DNA from: Oscillospiraceae bacterium | GTDB lineage: Bacteria > Bacillota > Clostridia > Oscillospirales > CAG-272 | Direction of reading: 5' to 3' | Assembly: GCA_015064805.1 (NCBI GenBank) | Contig: SVRN01000006.1 | Span: 16,216-80,215, forward strand | Length of the DNA: 64,000 nt | Part shown: positions 37,578 through 47,143 of the stretch, piece by piece | How the letters are laid out: the number at the start of each line of letters is the position of its first letter | Numbering within the stretch: the stretch's first letter is position 1 | Notes under the pieces: model-generated | What the model was told of the DNA's origin: nothing | Seen by the model: the letters and a program-made list of their open reading frames with translations, nothing else | Databases searched by the model: none | Translations under genes and position numbers: made by a program

Positions 37578-38249
37578 TCAATATTTTGCGTCGCCGGCGG
37601 TACCGTCCTTGACAATACGAACGACGCGGCTGGTGCCAAGGCGATCGGCGCCCAGCGCGATCATATCCTCGGCGTCGACGAGGCTGGAAATACCGCCTGC
37701 CGCCTTGACCTTTACCTGCACCCCGACGTTTTCACGCATGAGTCTCACGTCCTCGCGGGTGGCACCTGCGGTGGAAAAGCCGGTCGAGGTCTTGATATAA
37801 TCCGCGCCTGCCTCGGTGACGATATGGCACATTTTGATCTTCTCCTCCTCGGTCAGCTGGCAGGTCTCGATGATGACCTTGAGGATATGGTTGCCACACG
37901 CGGCCTTGATGGCCTTGATCTCAGCGAGCAGCTCGGCGTCGCGGCCGTCCTTGAGGTCGCCCAGATTGATGACCATATCGATCTCATCCGCGCCCTCGGC
38001 GATGGCCTCCTTGGCCTCGAAGCACTTGACGGCGGTGGTGTTATATCCGTTGGGGAAGCCGATGACGGTGCAGATGCACAGACGGTCACCAACGTACTCC
38101 TTGGCGCGCTTGACGAAGGAGGGGGGGATGCAGACCGAGGCGGTTCCAAAGGCGATACCGTCGTCGCAGATCTTGCGGATATCCTCCCAGGTTGCCGTGG
38201 TGGCAAGCAGGGTGTGGTCACAGCGCGAAAGAATTTGTTTGATTTCCAT
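37578..38249 (-). CDS. deoC: deoxyribose-phosphate aldolase
   Basis: [46 protein letters not shown]...KAAGGIS matches DeoC with Schiff-base lysine context. Confidence 0.9.
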   Translation of the reverse strand: MEIKQILSRCDHTLLATTATWEDIRKICDDGIAFGTASVCIPPSFVKRAKEYVGDRLCICTVIGFPNGYNTTAVKCFEAKEAIAEGADEIDMVINLGDLKDGRDAELLAEIKAIKAACGNHILKVIIETCQLTEEEKIKMCHIVTEAGADYIKTSTGFSTAGATREDVRLMRENVGVQVKVKAAGGISSLVDAEDMIALGADRLGTSRVVRIVKDGTAGDAKY

Positions 38250-38331
38250 AATTTTTCTGCCTTTCTTTTACGTTCTTTTCTATATTATACTGATTTTTCG
38301 CCGTATTTGCAATAGTTTTGCGCAAAAATCC

Positions 38332-38360
38332 TTGACAGCGCCTCAAAACTATGCTAAAAT
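38332..38360 (+). promoter_or_regulatory. sigmaA-type promoter for tyrS leader
   Basis: TTGACA(38332-38337), 17-nt spacer, TAAAAT(38355-38360). Confidence 0.5.
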
Positions 38361-38394
38361 AACGCCAATGGCAAAGACAAGAACGAGTAGCTTG

Positions 38395-38625
38395 CGGCAA
38401 ACCGAACAGAGAGCGACCGGTGGCTGAGAGGGGCACGGACTCCGCGAGTGAATACATCTTCGAGCTTCGCACCGATCCGCAATCGCGGGGTAGGCTGCGA
38501 CGGGTGCGCCCGTTACGGCGCATGGGTATGGTCGTACCCGCAGAGCAAGGCGCGCGCGAGCGGCCTTGGAAAAAAGGTGGTATCACGGGTTCCCCGTCCT
38601 TTTCGGACGCGGGGATTTTTTTGTT
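38395..38625 (+). ncRNA. T-box riboswitch leader (tyrosine specifier UAC)
   Basis: AGAGA box (38408-38412). Specifier-loop context GAAUACAUC with the UAC Tyr codon (38453-38455). Conserved T-box sequence AAAAAGGTGGTATCACGGG (38571-38590). Terminator CCCCGTCCTTTTCGGACGCGGGG + T7 (38592-38622). Confidence 0.8.
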
Positions 38626-38664
38626 TTCGCCGCAAAAAACGATTATAATTTGGAGGTAAATACA

Positions 38665-39888
38665 ATGCAAATTTATGAAGAACTGGTCGCAAGAGGACTG
38701 ATCGCCCAGGTGACCAACGAAGAAGAAATCAAGAATCTGATCAATAACGGAAAAGCGACCTTTTACATCGGCTTTGACCCGACTGCCGACTCGCTGCACG
38801 TCGGTCACTTCATGGCGCTGTGCCTGATGAAGCGACTGCAGATGGCAGGCAACCGCCCCATCGCTCTCATCGGCGGCGGCACGGCCATGGTCGGCGACCC
38901 CTCGGGCAGAACGGACATGCGCTCCATGATGACCAAGGAGACCATCGCGCACAACTGCGAGTGCTTCAAAAAGCAGATGGAGAGATTCATTGAATTTGGC
39001 GAGGGCAAGGCCGAGATGGTCAACAACGCCGACTGGCTGCTCGATCTGAATTACGTCGAGGTCCTGCGCGAGGTTGGCGCTTGCTTCTCCGTCAACAATA
39101 TGCTGCGCGCCGAGTGCTACAAGCAGCGCATGGAGAAGGGTCTGTCCTTCCTGGAATTCAACTACATGATCATGCAGAGCTACGATTTCTACCGTCTGTT
39201 CCAGACCCACGGCTGTAATTTGCAGTTCGGTGGTAACGACCAGTGGTCCAACATGCTGGGCGGCACCGAGCTCATCCGCCGCAAGCTGGGCAAGGACGCG
39301 CACGCCATGACCATCACGCTGTTGCTCAACTCCGAGGGCAAGAAGATGGGCAAGACGGCCAAGGGCGCCGTTTGGCTCGATCCCAACAAGACCACGCCTT
39401 ACGAGTTCTACCAGTACTGGAGAAACGTTGAGGACGCGGACGTGCTCAAGTGCATTCGCATGCTGACCTTCCTGCCTCTCGAGGAGATCGACAAGATGAG
39501 CGATTGGGAGGGCGCACAGCTCAACGAGGCCAAGGCGATCCTGGCATACGAGCTGACCAAGCTGGTTCACGGCGAGGAGGAAGCAACCAAGGCGCAGGCC
39601 GCCGCAAAGGCACTGTTCGGTGCAGGTGCGGACGCCGCCAACATCCCGACGGTCGAGCTGTCTGCCGCTGATTTTGCTGACGGCCAGGCAGATCTTCTGA
39701 CGCTGCTGGTCAAGGCCGAGCTGGTTCCCTCCAAGTCGGAGGCACGCCGCGCGGTTGAGCAGGGTGGTGTCACCGTTGCCGACGCGAAGGTCACCGATAT
39801 CAAGGCCACCTTCCCCGTTGCTGATTTCGCGGACGGTATCATCATCCGCCGCGGCAAGAAGGCGTTTAAGAAGGTTGTTATTAAGTGA
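38665..39888 (+). CDS. tyrS: tyrosine--tRNA ligase
   Basis: [17 protein letters not shown]...[17 protein letters not shown] (HIGH)...KMGKT (KMSKS-like), with a C-terminal S4 domain. GGAGGT RBS. Confidence 0.95.
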   Translation: MQIYEELVARGLIAQVTNEEEIKNLINNGKATFYIGFDPTADSLHVGHFMALCLMKRLQMAGNRPIALIGGGTAMVGDPSGRTDMRSMMTKETIAHNCECFKKQMERFIEFGEGKAEMVNNADWLLDLNYVEVLREVGACFSVNNMLRAECYKQRMEKGLSFLEFNYMIMQSYDFYRLFQTHGCNLQFGGNDQWSNMLGGTELIRRKLGKDAHAMTITLLLNSEGKKMGKTAKGAVWLDPNKTTPYEFYQYWRNVEDADVLKCIRMLTFLPLEEIDKMSDWEGAQLNEAKAILAYELTKLVHGEEEATKAQAAAKALFGAGADAANIPTVELSAADFADGQADLLTLLVKAELVPSKSEARRAVEQGGVTVADAKVTDIKATFPVADFADGIIIRRGKKAFKKVVIK

Positions 39889-39899
39889 TAGAGGACGAT

Positions 39900-40440
39900 G
39901 AGGGGGACTTCTTGAAAGAAGTTCCCCTCAGATTTTGCTTGATTTTATACGACTTCTTCTTTTGACGCGCATACTGCTTCGCGCTGCGCTGTGCTATCTT
40001 TGTGTTCATTCTTTCTCATCCGAGAAAGAACGAACCAAGAAAGCGGACTTAAGGGCCTAATGCCCTTAAGAAACCCGCAAGATTTTTTGCTTTGGCATAT
40101 CTGCCGCTCGTGGTGGCAACATGGCGAGAGATGCACACAAATACTTTATGTCTTTCTCCTTCTTATTCTTGAAGAGCGGCAATGCCAAGGGAGTTCCAAG
40201 AGGGAACGTCCGGGCTGGCAATGTTTGCGCCCGCGCGAAGCGCGATGTTCGCGACCGCGAACAAGCAAACTTGCGATTTCGGCTTGCCGAAATCTGTTTT
40301 CTTTGGTACTTTCTTTGTTCAGCGACAAAGAAAGTACATCAAATACCACACAGCGCGGCGCGTAGCTGTACGCGCGTCCGTAGGAAAAGTTGTATAAAAC
40401 TCAGCAACCCCCAAAAACAAAAACCCCCGCCTTCAACCGG
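39900..40440. repeat. intergenic mosaic repeat block (modules D, E, G, FTTCTTTGT palindrome), paralogous to 26640-27290
   Basis: GGGCCTAATGCCCTTAAGAAACCCGCAAGA (40056-40085). CTGCCGCTCGTGGTG (40102-40116). AGAGCGGCAATGCCAAGGGAGTTCCAAGAGGGAACGTC. GTACTTTCTTTGTTCAGCGACAAAGAAAGTAC (40307-40338). CACACAGCGCGGCGCGTAGCTGTACGCGCGTCCGTAGGAAAAGTTG. Confidence 0.75.
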
Positions 40441-40475
40441 AGCTCGAAGACGGGGATCTTGTTATATTTGCTTAA

Positions 40476-40745
40476 TTAGTCGCAAACGTAGGGCAGCAGC
40501 GCTACCTGACGTGCACGCTTGATCGCGGTGTTAACCTCGCGCTGATGCTTTGCGCAGGTACCGGAAATGCGTCTGGGCATGATCTTGCCGCGCTCGCTGA
40601 TGAACTTTCTCAGCTTCGCAGTGTCCTTGTAGTCGATGAATTCGACCTTATCAGCACAGAATACGCAAACCTTCTTTCTTCTTCTCGTAACAGGACGAGG
40701 AGCACGGGCTACGGGAGCCGTTGCATTTTCAACTTTATTATCCAT
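40476..40745 (-). CDS. rpsR: 30S ribosomal protein S18
   Basis: [82 protein letters not shown]. The track starts at the upstream TTG (40757). ATG 40745 is preferred for its spacing. Confidence 0.85.
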   Translation of the reverse strand: MDNKVENATAPVARAPRPVTRRRKKVCVFCADKVEFIDYKDTAKLRKFISERGKIMPRRISGTCAKHQREVNTAIKRARQVALLPYVCD

Positions 40746-40788
40746 GATCAACATCAATCCTCCTTGTAAATTTTAACAAACGGTCGCC

Positions 40789-41256
40789 TCAGAAGGGCAG
40801 ATCGTCATCCGCCTTGAGCTCCTCGAAACGGGGCGTGTCAGCACCTGCGGCAGAGGAGAAGGACGGGGTGGCATAAGCGTCGGGGGTATAGGTCTGTCCG
40901 GCGCCGCTCTCATTTTTGCTGTCAACGAACATAGCTTCGTCAACAACGACCTCGGTCGCATAGCGCTTCTGGCCCTGCGCATCCTGCCAGGTGCGGGTCT
41001 GGATAGAACCGGTCAGGCAAATGGCGGAACCCTTGCGGAAATAGCGAGCGATGAATTCTGCGGTCTGGCGCCAAGCGACAACGCTGATGAAGTCCGCCTG
41101 GGGACCCGACTGCGAGTCGTTTCTGGACGAATAGCGGCGGTTGACAGCCAGAGTGAAGGATACGACAGAAACGTTGTTGTTCTGGGTCTGCTTCAGCTCA
41201 GGGTCTGCGCAAAGACGGCCGCACAGGATAACTTTGTTCAGATTCAGACTTGACAT
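40789..41256 (-). CDS. ssb: single-stranded DNA-binding protein
   Basis: OB fold MSSLNLNKVILCGRLCADPELKQT... and the acidic C-terminal tail DDDLPF. AAAGGAGG RBS. Confidence 0.95.
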   Translation of the reverse strand: MSSLNLNKVILCGRLCADPELKQTQNNNVSVVSFTLAVNRRYSSRNDSQSGPQADFISVVAWRQTAEFIARYFRKGSAICLTGSIQTRTWQDAQGQKRYATEVVVDEAMFVDSKNESGAGQTYTPDAYATPSFSSAAGADTPRFEELKADDDLPF

Positions 41257-41298
41257 ACTCGATAACGCCTCCTTTTACGGATTATAATCGGGAATCGC

Positions 41299-41715
41299 TT
41301 ATTCGGCGTCAGCTTCTACTACAGCCTCAGCCTCAGCAGCCTCAGCCTCAACGGCCTGAGCAACGGCAGCAGCGGCAGCCTCAGCAGCGGCAGCCTTCTT
41401 TGCTGCAGCCTCAGCGGCATCGTAGTCCAGCTTGATCACCATGCAGCGCATAACAGTCTCATCGATGTTAGCAAGACGCTGCAGCTCTGCGGGGAATGCA
41501 CCCTCAGACTTGAACGTGACAACAATGTAGTAGCCCTCGTTCATGTCGTCGATGGGATATGCCAGACGGCGTCTGCCCCACTCTGCGACTTCCACGATCT
41601 CTGCGTTTGCGGTGATGGTAGAGGTAAACTTCTCTACGGTTGCCTTTGCGGCATCATCGCCACTTGCGCAATTGATGATGAACATACACTCGTAAGAACT
41701 AATGATTTTTTCCAT
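41299..41715 (-). CDS. rpsF: 30S ribosomal protein S6
   Basis: MEKIISSYECMFIINCASGDD...EWGRRRLAYPI plus an Ala/Glu-rich tail. GGGAGGTG RBS. Canonical rpsF-ssb-rpsR order. Confidence 0.9.
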   Translation of the reverse strand: MEKIISSYECMFIINCASGDDAAKATVEKFTSTITANAEIVEVAEWGRRRLAYPIDDMNEGYYIVVTFKSEGAFPAELQRLANIDETVMRCMVIKLDYDAAEAAAKKAAAAEAAAAAVAQAVEAEAAEAEAVVEADAE

Positions 41716-41809
41716 ACTGTTTTACACCTCCCTATGGACTTTCGACCGTGCCGACTTGATTTTTTGCACGGTAAGGAGACGGGCGCTCCGGCACCCGTAT
41801 CAAAACGGG

Positions 41810-41838
41810 ATTATATCATATTTTCTCTTGCTTGTCAA
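41810..41838 (-). promoter_or_regulatory. sigmaA-type promoter for rpsF-ssb-rpsR operon (with about 95-nt leader)
   Basis: Minus strand TTGACA(41838-41833), 17-nt spacer, TATAAT(41815-41810). Confidence 0.55.
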
Positions 41839-41988
41839 GGCTTTTTTGAAATTTTCAACGAAAATCTCCGCCATTTTTCGTCATTTTGCAGATTTTTTCG
41901 ATTTTTCCGTTCGGCTATTGCAATCGGATCGGATTTTATATATAATATTTACAGATAGTATAATATTTGGCCATCAAAGGAGGTTCTC

Positions 41989-42924
41989 ATGGCAAGAAAG
42001 AGAAACAGCAGCAAGCGCATCGTTTCCTTTATCATCGTTTTGCTCGTTTTGATCGCGGCGATCGTGGCGTATCTCAACCCCGGTCTGTTCGGCCAACCCG
42101 AGCCGCAGGATCCCACCCCTACCCCACCGGTAACGTCGACCGAGGGGCAGGTGCTCGTCCACGTGATCGACGTCGGGCAAGGTGACGCGATTTTAGTAAG
42201 CGCGCCCGAGGGCAACATACTCATCGACGCGGGAGACAACGTCGAGCGCTACGAGCAGGCGCTGAAGAATTATCTGGACGGTCTTGGCATCACCAAGCTG
42301 GATTATTTCGTTTTGACTCACCCCGACGCCGACCATATCGGCGGTGCGGATATGATTTTGAAAAACTACGAAGTCGGCACGGTCATCATGCCCGACAAGC
42401 CGCACACCACCAAGGTGTACGAGGCCGTGCTGGATGCCCTTGAGGCCAACGGCGCAGACCTTGAGCTGGCCGAAGCGGGAACCGTCTTTTCCCTGGGCAA
42501 TCTGAGTTGCAAGATCTTGGCTCCCTTGAAGATCTATTCGGATAAAAACGACTGCAGCGTCGTCATCCGCGCGACGTTCGGCAGCGTTTCCATGATGTTC
42601 ACGGGCGACGCTGAGGGCAATATGGAGGGCATGTCCGAGAAGGATATTCTCGCCAAATACGACGCAAGCGAGCTTCAGTGTGACTTCCTTAAGGTTGGTC
42701 ACCACGGCTCGGACACCTCGACCAGCCCCGCCTTTTTGAAGGCCGTCTCTCCCAAGATCGCCGCTATCTCCTGCGGTACGGGCAACAAATACGGTCACCC
42801 CGTTCAGAGCACGCTGGACGCGCTGAGCGCCGCGGGCGTTCTGACCTACCGCACGGATCTCTCGGGCACGCTGGTGTTCGTGTGTGACGGCAAGACCATC
42901 GAATACAGACAGCAAGCACAATGA
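41989..42924 (+). CDS. membrane-anchored MBL-fold metallo-hydrolase (ComEC C-terminal-domain-like)
   Basis: N-terminal TM, then VIDVGQGDAILV...LTHPDADHIGG (metallo-beta-lactamase HxHxDH-type motif). AAGGAGG RBS. Confidence 0.8.
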   Translation: MARKRNSSKRIVSFIIVLLVLIAAIVAYLNPGLFGQPEPQDPTPTPPVTSTEGQVLVHVIDVGQGDAILVSAPEGNILIDAGDNVERYEQALKNYLDGLGITKLDYFVLTHPDADHIGGADMILKNYEVGTVIMPDKPHTTKVYEAVLDALEANGADLELAEAGTVFSLGNLSCKILAPLKIYSDKNDCSVVIRATFGSVSMMFTGDAEGNMEGMSEKDILAKYDASELQCDFLKVGHHGSDTSTSPAFLKAVSPKIAAISCGTGNKYGHPVQSTLDALSAAGVLTYRTDLSGTLVFVCDGKTIEYRQQAQ

Positions 42925-42929
42925 AATAT

Positions 42930-42968
42930 CGACGTCCTGCAAAATTCACCTTGCAGGGCGTCTTTTTC
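42930..42968 (+). terminator. rho-independent terminator
   Basis: GACGTCCTGCAA aattcacc TTGCAGGGCGTC TTTTT. Confidence 0.6.
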
Positions 42969-43057
42969 TATCAAAATATGCAATTTTTAGTCGTAGCTCT
43001 TGCAATTTATGAAATAATATGATATAATCAACTAATTCCACTACGGAGGTAGCTACG

Positions 43058-43828
43058 ATGAGAATGGTTGTAAAGATCGGAACGTCAACGCTGACGCACG
43101 CCACGGGTAACATGAACATCCGCCGCGTCGAGCAGCTCTGCCGCGTTCTCGCCGACCTGAAAAACGCGGGACACGAGGTCATTTTGGTTTCCTCGGGCGC
43201 CATCGGCATGGGCGTTGGCAAGCTGGGCCTGCGCGAGCGCCCCTCGGACATGCCCACCAAGCAGGCGGCCGCCGCGGTCGGTCAGTGCGAGCTGATGTAC
43301 GTCTACGACAAGCTGTTCTCGGAGTACAATCATACCGTGGCGCAGATTCTGCTCACGGGTGACGATCTCAATCACACCGACCGTCACGAGAACTTCCGCA
43401 ACACCATGTCGCGCCTGTTGGAGCTTGGCGTGTTGCCCATCATCAACGAAAACGACACCGTCGCTACGACCGAGATTGCGGTGGGCGACAACGACACGCT
43501 GGGTGCCATCGTGGCCGTCAGCATCGGGGCGGATCTGTTGGTCCTGCTCTCGGACATCGACGGGCTGTATACGGCCGACCCCCACACTGATCCCGACGCC
43601 AAGCTGATCGAAACCGTCAAGGACATCACCCCCGACGTGCTCGCGCTGGCGGGCGGATGCGGCTCAGCTCTCGGCACGGGCGGCATGAAGACCAAGCTGC
43701 GTGCCGCATCGATGTGCTGTGAGGCAGGCTGTGATATGATCATCGCCAACGGCGCCGATCCCGGCCTGCTCTACCGCCTGATCGACGGTGAGTCCGTGGG
43801 CACGAAATTTATTGCGAAGAAAGGTTGA
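43058..43828 (+). CDS. proB: glutamate 5-kinase (short form, no PUA domain)
   Basis: MRMVVKIGTSTLTH...ILVSSGAIGMG is the amino-acid kinase fold. GGAGG RBS. Confidence 0.9.
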   Translation: MRMVVKIGTSTLTHATGNMNIRRVEQLCRVLADLKNAGHEVILVSSGAIGMGVGKLGLRERPSDMPTKQAAAAVGQCELMYVYDKLFSEYNHTVAQILLTGDDLNHTDRHENFRNTMSRLLELGVLPIINENDTVATTEIAVGDNDTLGAIVAVSIGADLLVLLSDIDGLYTADPHTDPDAKLIETVKDITPDVLALAGGCGSALGTGGMKTKLRAASMCCEAGCDMIIANGADPGLLYRLIDGESVGTKFIAKKG

Positions 43829-43834
43829 CCAAAC

Positions 43835-45097
43835 ATGAAATCAACCCTTGAAATATTGCAAGCCGCCAAAGCGGCAAAGGCTTCCCTTTCTCTGTTAACG
43901 ACCGAAAAAAAGAACGCCGCCTTAGCCGCGATGGCAAGCGCGCTGATCGAGGCGACGGACGATATTCTCGCCGCCAACGCGCAGGACGTTGAAGCCTCTC
44001 GTGAAAAGCTGGGCGAGGTCATGGTCGACAGACTCACCCTCACCCCCGCCCGTATTGAGGGCATGGCGCAGGGTATGTGCGCGCTGATCGATCTGCCCGA
44101 TCCCGTCGGCCGCGTGATCGACTCGCACGTGCGAGCAGACGGCTTACGTATTGAAAAAATCGGCGTGCCCATGGGCGTCGTCGCCATTATTTACGAGAGC
44201 CGCCCCAACGTCACCTCGGACGCGGCCGCGCTTTCTCTCAAGAGCGGCAACGTCTGCGTGCTTCGCGGTGGCAAGGAGGCTTACCGCTCGGCTCACGCCA
44301 TCGTCACGGCCATGAAAACGGGACTGCGTTCGGTCGGGCTTGATGAAAATTTGATCCAGCTGATCGAGGACACCACCCGCGAGAGCGCGACGGCGCTGAT
44401 GGAGGCGGTCGGCTACGTCGATCTGCTCATTCCCCGCGGCGGCGCGGGGCTCATCCGCACCTGCGTGGAGCGGGCCAAGGTGCCCGTCATTCAAACGGGA
44501 ACGGGCATTTGCCACGTTTACGTTGACGCAAGTGCCGATGCGGACATGGCGCTGACCGTTCTGGAAAACGCCAAGACCAGCCGTCCCTCGGTGTGCAACG
44601 CCTGTGAGGTGTGCCTGGTTCACAAGGATATTGCGGCAGGATTTCTGCCCCTTCTTGACGAGCGTCTGGCGACGATGCGTGCGGAGAGCGGCAAGCCGAC
44701 CGTCACCTTCCGTTGCGACGAAGCGTCGCTCTCCCTCATACCCCACGGCACGGCGGCAGGCGAGGATGATTTTGACACCGAATTTTTGGATTATATTTTG
44801 GCCGTTCGCGTCGTGCGCAGTGTGGACGAGGCGATCGCTCACATCGCCGCTCACTCAACGGGGCACAGCGAGGCCATTCTCAGCCGCGACGAGGGCGCGA
44901 TTGCCCGTTTCGTCGGGGCGGTGGACAGCGCGGCTGTCTACGTCAACGCGTCGACGCGCTTTACCGACGGCGGCGAGTTCGGTCTTGGCTGTGAGATGGG
45001 CATTTCGACCCAAAAGCTGCACGCGCGCGGCCCCATGGGTCTGTGCGAGCTGACGACCTACAAGTACGTCATTCGCGGCGAGGGGCACGTGAGATAA
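43835..45097 (+). CDS. proA: glutamate-5-semialdehyde dehydrogenase (gamma-glutamyl phosphate reductase)
   Basis: 420 aa. Aldehyde dehydrogenase-type with catalytic Cys context (TGTGICHVY) typical of ProA. Follows proB. Confidence 0.9.
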   Translation: MKSTLEILQAAKAAKASLSLLTTEKKNAALAAMASALIEATDDILAANAQDVEASREKLGEVMVDRLTLTPARIEGMAQGMCALIDLPDPVGRVIDSHVRADGLRIEKIGVPMGVVAIIYESRPNVTSDAAALSLKSGNVCVLRGGKEAYRSAHAIVTAMKTGLRSVGLDENLIQLIEDTTRESATALMEAVGYVDLLIPRGGAGLIRTCVERAKVPVIQTGTGICHVYVDASADADMALTVLENAKTSRPSVCNACEVCLVHKDIAAGFLPLLDERLATMRAESGKPTVTFRCDEASLSLIPHGTAAGEDDFDTEFLDYILAVRVVRSVDEAIAHIAAHSTGHSEAILSRDEGAIARFVGAVDSAAVYVNASTRFTDGGEFGLGCEMGISTQKLHARGPMGLCELTTYKYVIRGEGHVR

Positions 45098-45409
45098 GAA
45101 CGAGGAGCGCGAGGAGGACGGCCTCCGGCGGCCAAAACCTTTCTTGAAAGAAAGGTTTTGGATTCCAAAGAACTTTAATTGGAAGAAAAAAGAAGGCTAT
45201 GCCGGACAACTCCTCCTATCCTTGTCAGACAAGCACCTTCGTTATTCGAAGCAATCGCTACCGCAAGCGGCGGGGCCCCTCCCCCATCCGCTCCACAAAA
45301 GTAGTTAGCAAAAAACATTCGAGTGAGTTTTTCGAAATTCTTAAAAACCTTTTTTCAAAAAGGTTTTTAAGTGGGGTATGGGGCGGCGCCCCATACGAAA
45401 GGAGTCTAT

Positions 45410-46213
45410 ATGAAATACGGATTTATCGGCGGCGGCAACATGGGCGGTGCGATGGCGCTCGCCTGCCAGAGAGCCGTCGGCGCGGACAACGTACTGTTGG
45501 TCGACCGCGATGAGGAGACCACCGCGCGGCTTGCCAATAGCCTTGGTGTCACCACCTCGAGCTATGATGAAATCGCCAAAGAATGCCGCCTGATCTTTGT
45601 CGGTGTCAAGCCGAATCTGGTCGCGCAGGTACTCTCACTGCTTCGCCCTGCCCTGCAGGCAAGAGAGGACGACGTAGCGGTCGTCAGCATCGCGGCGGGC
45701 GTTAAAATTGAAGATATGTGCGCGGTGGTGGGCGATAATATTCCCGTCATCCGCATGATGCAAAACACCCCCGTCGCGCTTGGCGAGGGCATGATGATCT
45801 ACGCGCTTTCGGATGCCGCGGACGAGGATGATGTGGCAGAGCTGAAGCTCGCCATGTCGTGCGCGGGACGCTTGGACGCGATCGCCGAGGACAAGATCGA
45901 CGCGGCAACGGCTGTCATGGGCTGTGGCCCTGCCTTTGCATATCAGTTCGTCGAGGCGCTGGCCGACGGCGGTGTCGCTTGCGGATTGACCCGCGCGCAG
46001 GCCCAGCTGTACGCGGCGCAAATGCTGGCGGGCGCGGCGCAGATGGTGCTGCAGACAGGCAAGCACCCGGGCGAGCTCAAGGACGCGGTGTGCAGTCCCG
46101 GGGGATCGACCATCGAGGGCGTGTACGCGCTCGAGCAGGCGGGCTTCCGCTCGGCCGTCATGGACGCGGTCATTGCGTCGTATGAGAAAAACAAGCTGCT
46201 CGGCAAAAAGTGA
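45410..46213 (+). CDS. proC: pyrroline-5-carboxylate reductase
   Basis: MKYGFIGGGNMGGAMA is the Rossmann GxGxxG, with a C-terminal P5CR dimerisation domain. GGAG RBS. The ORF-track start at 45371 is an extension. Confidence 0.9.
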   Translation: MKYGFIGGGNMGGAMALACQRAVGADNVLLVDRDEETTARLANSLGVTTSSYDEIAKECRLIFVGVKPNLVAQVLSLLRPALQAREDDVAVVSIAAGVKIEDMCAVVGDNIPVIRMMQNTPVALGEGMMIYALSDAADEDDVAELKLAMSCAGRLDAIAEDKIDAATAVMGCGPAFAYQFVEALADGGVACGLTRAQAQLYAAQMLAGAAQMVLQTGKHPGELKDAVCSPGGSTIEGVYALEQAGFRSAVMDAVIASYEKNKLLGKK

Positions 46214-46255
46214 GCATGACAAAAGGGAGGACGGCGTGTCCTCCCTTTTTTGTTA

Positions 46256-47143
46256 TTACACCCTCTCCCACGTGCCGGCGCGGCCACGCGGGGCGGCGGG
46301 GGTAAGGAAATGCAGATCGGTCAGGATGTGCAACAGACTGTACGTCGCCTTGCCGCGGATGCCGGTCGCTCGGGCGTACTCGGCAGCGGTAAAGGGGGCG
46401 GGCAGGACGTCGGGCGGCGGCAGAAAGACGGCCGCGTAGTCCTCGGGGCATTCGAACACGATCTCCTTTTGCAACGCCAGCGGGAAGCGGTCGTAGCGCT
46501 CCGAGCCCCGCTTGCCGCCGTTGCCCCAGCCGTTTTGCAGTCGGATCTCCTCCACGTCAATGAGAGCGATGACCAGCTTGAGCCGCGGCTCGGCCAGATA
46601 AGGCAACAGCCAATACAGCTCTTTTGCCACGTCCTTGACGCTTCCCTTTTTGGGAGACTTGTGCGCCGCCGAGATCTCGCCCGTTTCGGGGTCCATCCAG
46701 CGCAGGTACTTGGCGGCGGGCAAGGGATGCACCACCGTCACGTCAAGATCCGTCGCGCACAGATAGAAGTGTAGTTTTTTGACGAGTGGGAAGAATCCCC
46801 CCGTCTGGATCTCGATAATCTCGCCCTCGTCTGTGAGCACGTCGGCGACGTAACGGTCGCGCGCGCGGCGGGTGGCGGCGTCGGTCAAATCGGCGTAGCG
46901 CGAGGTCAAAAGCGCGTCGTCCAGCCGCACCTCCTGACGGGCGTTCGGGGGCATATAGAAATCCTTGAGCAGCGCGTGAAGGCGCTTTTCTTTATAGGTG
47001 CCGATGCCCTCCCCCGCCGTCACGCCCGCCGCGGGGCGGTCAGACAGCCGCTCGCGCTCGCAAAGGGCGGCAAAGCGCGCCTGACGCGCGGCAAATTCGG
47101 GATCGACGGGAGGGACCGACACGGTTTGTTTCTTTTTGGCCAT
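46256..47143 (-). CDS. hypothetical protein, terminal gene of marR-ABC exporter operon (possible PD-(D/E)xK-like segment, speculative)
   Basis: 295 aa. Start overlaps the ABC gene stop by 1 nt. Segment VADVLTDEGEIIEIQTGG is weakly nuclease-like. No secure motif. Confidence 0.55.
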   Translation of the reverse strand: MAKKKQTVSVPPVDPEFAARQARFAALCERERLSDRPAAGVTAGEGIGTYKEKRLHALLKDFYMPPNARQEVRLDDALLTSRYADLTDAATRRARDRYVADVLTDEGEIIEIQTGGFFPLVKKLHFYLCATDLDVTVVHPLPAAKYLRWMDPETGEISAAHKSPKKGSVKDVAKELYWLLPYLAEPRLKLVIALIDVEEIRLQNGWGNGGKRGSERYDRFPLALQKEIVFECPEDYAAVFLPPPDVLPAPFTAAEYARATGIRGKATYSLLHILTDLHFLTPAAPRGRAGTWERV